Origin: Heteronotia binoei
Lineage: Eukaryota
NCBI RefSeq assembly: GCF_032191835.1
Contig: NC_083237.1
Coordinates: 18,228,001 to 18,292,000 of the forward strand
Length of the DNA: 64,000 nt
Direction: 5' to 3'
The notes beneath the pieces are model-generated. The model had not been told where the DNA came from, searched no databases, and saw only the letters and a program-made list of their open reading frames with translations. The translations under genes were made by a program, and so were the position numbers. Shown here piece by piece: positions 58,621-64,000 of this stretch. Within the stretch, counting starts at the first letter, position 1. Each line of letters starts with the position of its first letter.

Positions 58621-60230
58621 AAAGGATGGTTTCAGGCGGGTGCCATGTTCCTCTGCAGTAGAAGACAAAAAGACAAGTCTGCTATCACCTTCAAGTCCAA
58701 CAAAATTTCCAGGGAATATGCTTTGCAGCTCCTACCCTGGACACCTTTTTGGTCTTTAAGGTTGCTACTGCCCTCACGTGTAAAAAGGAGGAAAGCGAGA
58801 GGAAATATACGACAAAACACCTCAGATTTCCATCAAAGATAGATGACTACTGTAGTTACCCATACAAGAAGAGACCCTTTCCCTGTTCAGTGTTTATTGG
58901 ATTGCTCAGGTAGGCAGCCCCCAAATTAGTCTAAGGTTATGGAGGGTCACGGAGGAGTTTGTCATTTTCCGAGTAGAGACTGCATCAAGAGATTTCACAA
59001 AGAACTCTTTGTGAAATGGAACGCATGTCAAAGGTCTTGCCATGCAAGAGGAGGGTCTTGACAACACAACACCACCAAATTTCAAATGCAATGTTATGTA
59101 GATCCCCTTGTACAAGTGAATAATTTGTTGTTGTTGTTAATGAGAGTCCCAACTGTATGGTTTTCATGTGCTCCATGAAGAAGCCACCACAAATTTGCCC
59201 TCACCATTTTACAGTGAATTTAAAATGCCACAAGGCCCTAATGTGCTTATTGTATGGAGCTCTTGCAGAGTTCTGTGCCACACCAGATCAGGGCCTTGTG
59301 GATTTTGGTACTGTTTGGAGGATTTTGCATGGCTCAGTATGGCTTCTACCCCTCAAAACATACATGGAATTTACAATTGCATGCTAATTTTCTGCATGCA
59401 TGCATTTTTATGATTTTGTAGCATTGCCCGGTTCCACAAAAAGACCATGGAAAAGAGTGACGAGTGATCATGTTTTTGGAGAAGAATCTTTCTTCACTTT
59501 TGCTATTATCACGAATCCAGCTGCATGGCCATAATATATTACATTTGATTTCAGATAATGATCCACACACATTGAAAATAATGGAATAATAAATAAATAT
59601 ATAGCTCAGGAAAACAACAGTTACTTGTGGAAATCACCTGGGAGCAGAATATCTCCAGAGAAAAAGCTTGTTTTGGTGGGTAATTATATCGTCCTTGAGG
59701 GACAAAGGCACCAGATACACATACACTCTTCCTTCCTATCAAGCCTATCCAATACCTCACAACTGTACACCCCAAGGAGACACAAGAAATAGCACACATG
59801 ACCCATATCTTGACACAGTGCTTATGGTGTACCATCTTCTGGATAAAGCATCACATTGAATACTGCTGAAGTGCAGAAAAGGGATCTCCAAGGCATATGA
59901 GGGAGAGCTTACAGGGCTCTCAGTACAGGGCCTACTGTAAGCTCCAGGAGAATTGGCTACATCAGAGGTGTGTGGCCTAATATGTTAAGGAGCTCCTGCT
60001 AGAATTCCACCCCTGGATGCCACAGAGGAGGGAGGGGTCCCCAATATGGTGCCCATAGGCATTATGATGTCCACCAAAGTTTATTTATTTATTACTTTAG
60101 ATTTCTATCCCACCCTCTCCGCAAGCAGACTCAGTTCTGTCAGACAGTCAGTTCAAACATCTACAATTGCAATTTAAAAATGATAGAATACAATTAAAAC
60201 ATTTTATGGTGCTGTTCAACATCAGTAGAG

Positions 60231-60510
60231 AGCCCCGTGGCACAGAGTGGTAAAGCGGCAGTACTGCAATCTGAATTCTCTGCTCATGACCTGAGTTCGA
60301 TCCCAGTGGAAGCTGGTTCAGGAAGCTGGCTCTAGGTTGACTCAGCCTTCCATCCTTCCGAGGTTGGTAAAATGAGTACCCAGCTTGCTGGGGGGAAGTG
60401 TAGTTGACTGGGGATGCAATGGCAAACCACCCCATGAAAACGTTGTGAAAGCAACGTCACCCCAGAGTCGGAAACGACTGGTGCTTGCACAGGGGACTAC
60501 CTTTACCTTT
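60231..60510 (+). mobile_element. Sauria SINE
   Basis: Same consensus, (ACCTTT)n tail. Confidence 0.85.
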
Positions 60511-60519
60511 TTCAACTTC

Positions 60520-61620
60520 AGAATAGGCAGGATCTTCTGACAGTCATCCTATGATCGTAGTTCCTCAGCAGTGTAGGATGGCAGTCTTCTCCTGGTTTAG
60601 ATGTTGAAGGCCTGTTGAAATAGTTCAGTTTTGCAGGCCCTGCAGAATTGAGAGAGATCCCACAATGCCCTTTTTGCCTCTGGGAAGGCATTCACATTTC
60701 TGGTGCTGCCACTGAGAAGGCCCTAACCTGTGTGTAACACAGTCTGGCCTCCCTTGGTCAGGGGATAGATAGCAGGTTTTGTGTCCCTGAATGCAGTGCT
60801 CTTTGGGGAATGTGCGGAGAAAGGCAGTCCTGTAGATAGGCAGGCCCCCAACCATAAAGGGCTTTAAAAGTCAATACCAACACCTTGAAATGGACTTGGA
60901 ACACAGTAGGTAGCCAGTGCAGCTCTTTCAGCACTGGTTGAATGTTTCCCCATCGAGGGAGCCCCATTAGCAGCCGTGCTGCAGTGTTCTGCACTAGCTG
61001 TAGTTTCCAAGTCAGGGTCAAGAGAGTCCCATAAAGAGAGCATTACAGTGACCTATTCTCGAGGTGACCTTAGTATGGATCACCATTGCTAAGTTGTCAT
61101 GCTCCAAAAAAGGGGGCACCTGCCACACCCGCTGAAGGTGCAAAAAGGTGGATTTTGTAGTAGCTGCTATCTGGGCCTCCATTGTCATAGAGGATTCCAG
61201 GAGCACTCCCAGGTCTTGACCTTAGGGGCTGGAATTAGTGGCACCCTGTCAAGAGCTGGCAAAGGGATCAACCTTTTTGGGCCACCCCAGCTCAGATAGA
61301 GAACCTCCGTCTTTGTTGGATTCAGCTTCAATCAACTCAGCCTGAGCCAAGATTCTACGGCTTGAAGGACCAGGTCTAGATTATCCGGGGTACAGTCGGA
61401 CTGGCCACCCATCAATAGAGCTGGGTGTCATATACATAATGATGACATCCCAGCCCATACCTCCTGACAATCTGGGCAAGGGGGCGCATATAGATGTTAA
61501 ATAACATCGGGAGCAGAACCACTCCTTGTGGCACACCACATACAAGTGGGTTCCTTCAGGATAAGTCTTCCCCTATCACCATCCTTTGTCCCCAACCTTG
61601 GAGAAAAGAGGGCAACCATT
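60520..61620 (-). mobile_element. Older L2 LINE 3' fragment
   Basis: KLQLVQNTAARLL and VLTFKALYG motifs; homologous to 33.2-34.2 kb. Confidence 0.85.
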
Positions 61621-61720
61621 GCTGTTTTGAGTTATACAGTGACAAGAGGGACCGAGCTGCCAGCCCATCAACCCACAGACTACCTACTAAGGACAATCAG
61701 GAGGTAGGCAAGAGGCAGAT

Positions 61721-62220
61721 AAGGGTTGCCAATCCCCAGGTGACGGCAGGGGATTCCCCAGTTTGGAGGCCCTCCACCCCCTTTGGGGTCATCAGAAACT
61801 AAAGGAGGGGAAAATGTCTGCTGGCTACTCCATGATTCCCTATGGAGACCAATTCCCTTGGGGTATAATGAAGAATTGATACACGGGTATCTGGGGCTCT
61901 GTGGGGGCTGTTTTTTGAGGTAGATGCACCAAAATTGCAACATAGCATCTGGAGCCTCTCCCCAAAATAACCTCCAGGTTTCAAAAAAAATTGGACCAAG
62001 GGGTCCAGTTCTATGAGTCCCAAAAGAAGGTGCTCCTATCCTTCATTATTACCAATAGAGGAAGGCATTTAAAAGGTTTGTAGTCTCGTTAAATGTGATG
62101 GCCAGAACTCCCTTTGGTATTCAATTATGCTTGTCATAACCTTGCTCCTGGCTCCACACCCACGGTCTCCTGGCTCCACCCCTGAAGACCCCAGATATTT
62201 AATTGCACTTGGCAACCCTG
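61721..62220. mobile_element. hAT (Tip100-like) MITE
   Basis: Perfect TSD aggcagat. Confidence 0.85.
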
Positions 62221-63699
62221 AGGCAGATGGAGCAGCCTGAGTTGGTACAGCCTTGTCACTTTGCTCTACTGGACCAGCCTCCATGGATTGTCTGCCAATT
62301 TGACTGGAGACTGTTTCTCCTGCTATGACTAACATAGCAGGAGGAACGGGAGAAGAAGATATTCATGCTGTGTGTAATGGTATCTCCTCATATACACCTT
62401 AGCTGTGTCTTTTTTTCTATACTTTAGCCCTTCCTTAACAACCTACCGTAATCAACTCAACTAGTACATCTGGTTGCTTAAAATAGTCCAAAGAGGAATC
62501 TCAGTCAGACTTCAGACGTTTCTGTTTCTGAAGTGAAGACTTATTAATGTTCTTGGGGGACACACTCAAGGGCCCCCAAAGATTTATTAGAAGCATTAAG
62601 TCTTCAGTGCTCATTCATATTGCCTTTTTCTTTCCAGAAAACCTTTTGCATGGAGGACCAACATCACAGCTGTGCTGCTCAGTAAAAGTACAGTAAAGTA
62701 CAATAGATTTCTCCTCCAACCCGATGCTGACAGAAGATTTTTGATGATTTTTCTACTGGATGGAACAGTGCTTTCAAAGCTCTTGAGGTACAGTAAAGGG
62801 AACTATTACAGACAGCAAAGGCAACAGAAGTGGGACCTTGAATGGCTGACAGAGTCCAGGGGAAAAAAACATTTGTGCTTCTTAAAGGAAATTATGATCT
62901 TTGGTAAAATTGTGGCTAGAAAAGAGAGAATCTGACCAATAAAACTGAGGGATTGTGAGGTATTCCAGGATTGTCAGCTGCATTCATAATTTGTACTTAA
63001 TTGTTAAGACAAAGTGCTTTCCTCCAGTTAGACTCTTCAAATTCCAGTTTCATTCAAAGACAGCCTGCCATCTTTATGTATGGACGCTGCCATGTTATTT
63101 TTCTATGATACTGGGGAATGAAGTCTCTCTGAAAAATGTGTGGAGGTCCCTACCTGCCTGCAAGGAGGGTCTCTCATTCAGTGCACTGAACAACTGGAAG
63201 ACCAGACATCTCCTCTCACAAAACCCCTCCTGATCATGCAAGGGTCTGTGAAAAAAATTAAAATGTCTTTTGATTGATTTCCCTTCTCTCCCTCTCTTTC
63301 CCCACTCCAACACCAGTTTCAGAGCATCTATCTAAACTAGTATCTGTATACTCTCATATGGAATGGAAACTTTTGAAACTCCTGCTGATGCTGACAATTT
63401 CTCTGTCTTCATCTCATGTTTCTTGGTTCTGGTGGAAGAGTTCGATTCTGTGTGTTCATTTTACACCTGGTGTTACACTAGCCATAAGTGGCGTGAAACA
63501 AGCCAGCTATTTCATGGTGAATTCTGTCCAATTCATTTCTTCTGAGGTGTTCTAGAAAATCATGAAACTAGAAATCATAAAGAGACAATCTGCTTTTCAC
63601 ATCCTCTAGTTTTGATGGCATGAGCTATGTACTTTGTAAAACTCTCACCTCATCCTAACTGGAAAGCACAAGATATAAAGCAGCACTAGCAATACAGAA

Positions 63700-64000
63700 T
63701 GTCTATTTAAGAGATTGGTTTATTAAGTATGCAGACTGATCACATGGTAAACCAGTGTGGCTTGGCCATTCCTTTTGTGATTCACCTAGATTTAAAGAAG
63801 CACCAATTGGCAGAGGACTTTATTACCTTTTATGGCTATCCAAGACACACTGGTTTACCATGTGATCAGTCTGCATACTTAATCAACAAACTGCCTGTAT
63901 TTCAGCCCACAATACCTGAGCCCCTCGTCTGATGAAGTCTGCTTAGAGAGCACACGAAAGCTTACGTTCTGAATAAAACTTGGTTGCTATTAAAGGTGCA
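63700..64000 (+). mobile_element. Penelope-like element 3' end with hammerhead core
   Basis: ctgatgaagtctgcttagagagcacacgaaagctta followed by aataaaacttggttg..aaaggtgc; same family as 2860-2980. Confidence 0.65.

Noticed and set aside
63351-63555. ATGGAATGG... ORF as the start of another OR after the orphan promoter block
   Set aside because: No OR motifs (GN/EN, PMY, DRY) in any frame.

Overview
Vertebrate (squamate, very probably gecko) genomic DNA; the lineage call rests on the SINE/LINE/MITE repertoire. The window is a family-11-like olfactory receptor (OR) cluster. It holds five intact single-coding-exon ORs on + (1009-1965, 20229-21188, 26705-27655, 45403-46353, 55907-56896), one 5'-truncated OR copy (30387-30890) and one decayed OR remnant (~58365-58620). 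Inside the cluster, on the minus strand, is a spliced TMEM176-family (MS4A/CD20-related, four-TM) gene that the ORF track only shows in pieces: six phase-0 coding exons (7624-12141, ~282 aa), a C-terminal PPPY motif and a CpG-island first exon near 15.8 kb. A young tandem duplication (20685-30386 copied as 30386-48692) has its breakpoint inside an OR. The second copy carries an apparently full-length L2 LINE and a near-intact L1 that are absent from the first. The rest is dense in Squam3-, Sauria-, 5S- and tRNA-derived SINEs, hAT-type MITEs with 8-bp TSDs, CR1, BovB and Penelope fragments (some with hammerhead-ribozyme cores), a solo LTR and a chromodomain Gypsy remnant. There is a 349-N assembly gap. 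I found no wholly new multi-gene system. The most unusual observations are a 44-bp self-templated copy of OR coding sequence placed upstream of its own gene, mosaic divergence between the duplicated ORs, and a SINE tail acting as a splice polypyrimidine tract. Repeat family names come from recalled consensus features, not a database search.
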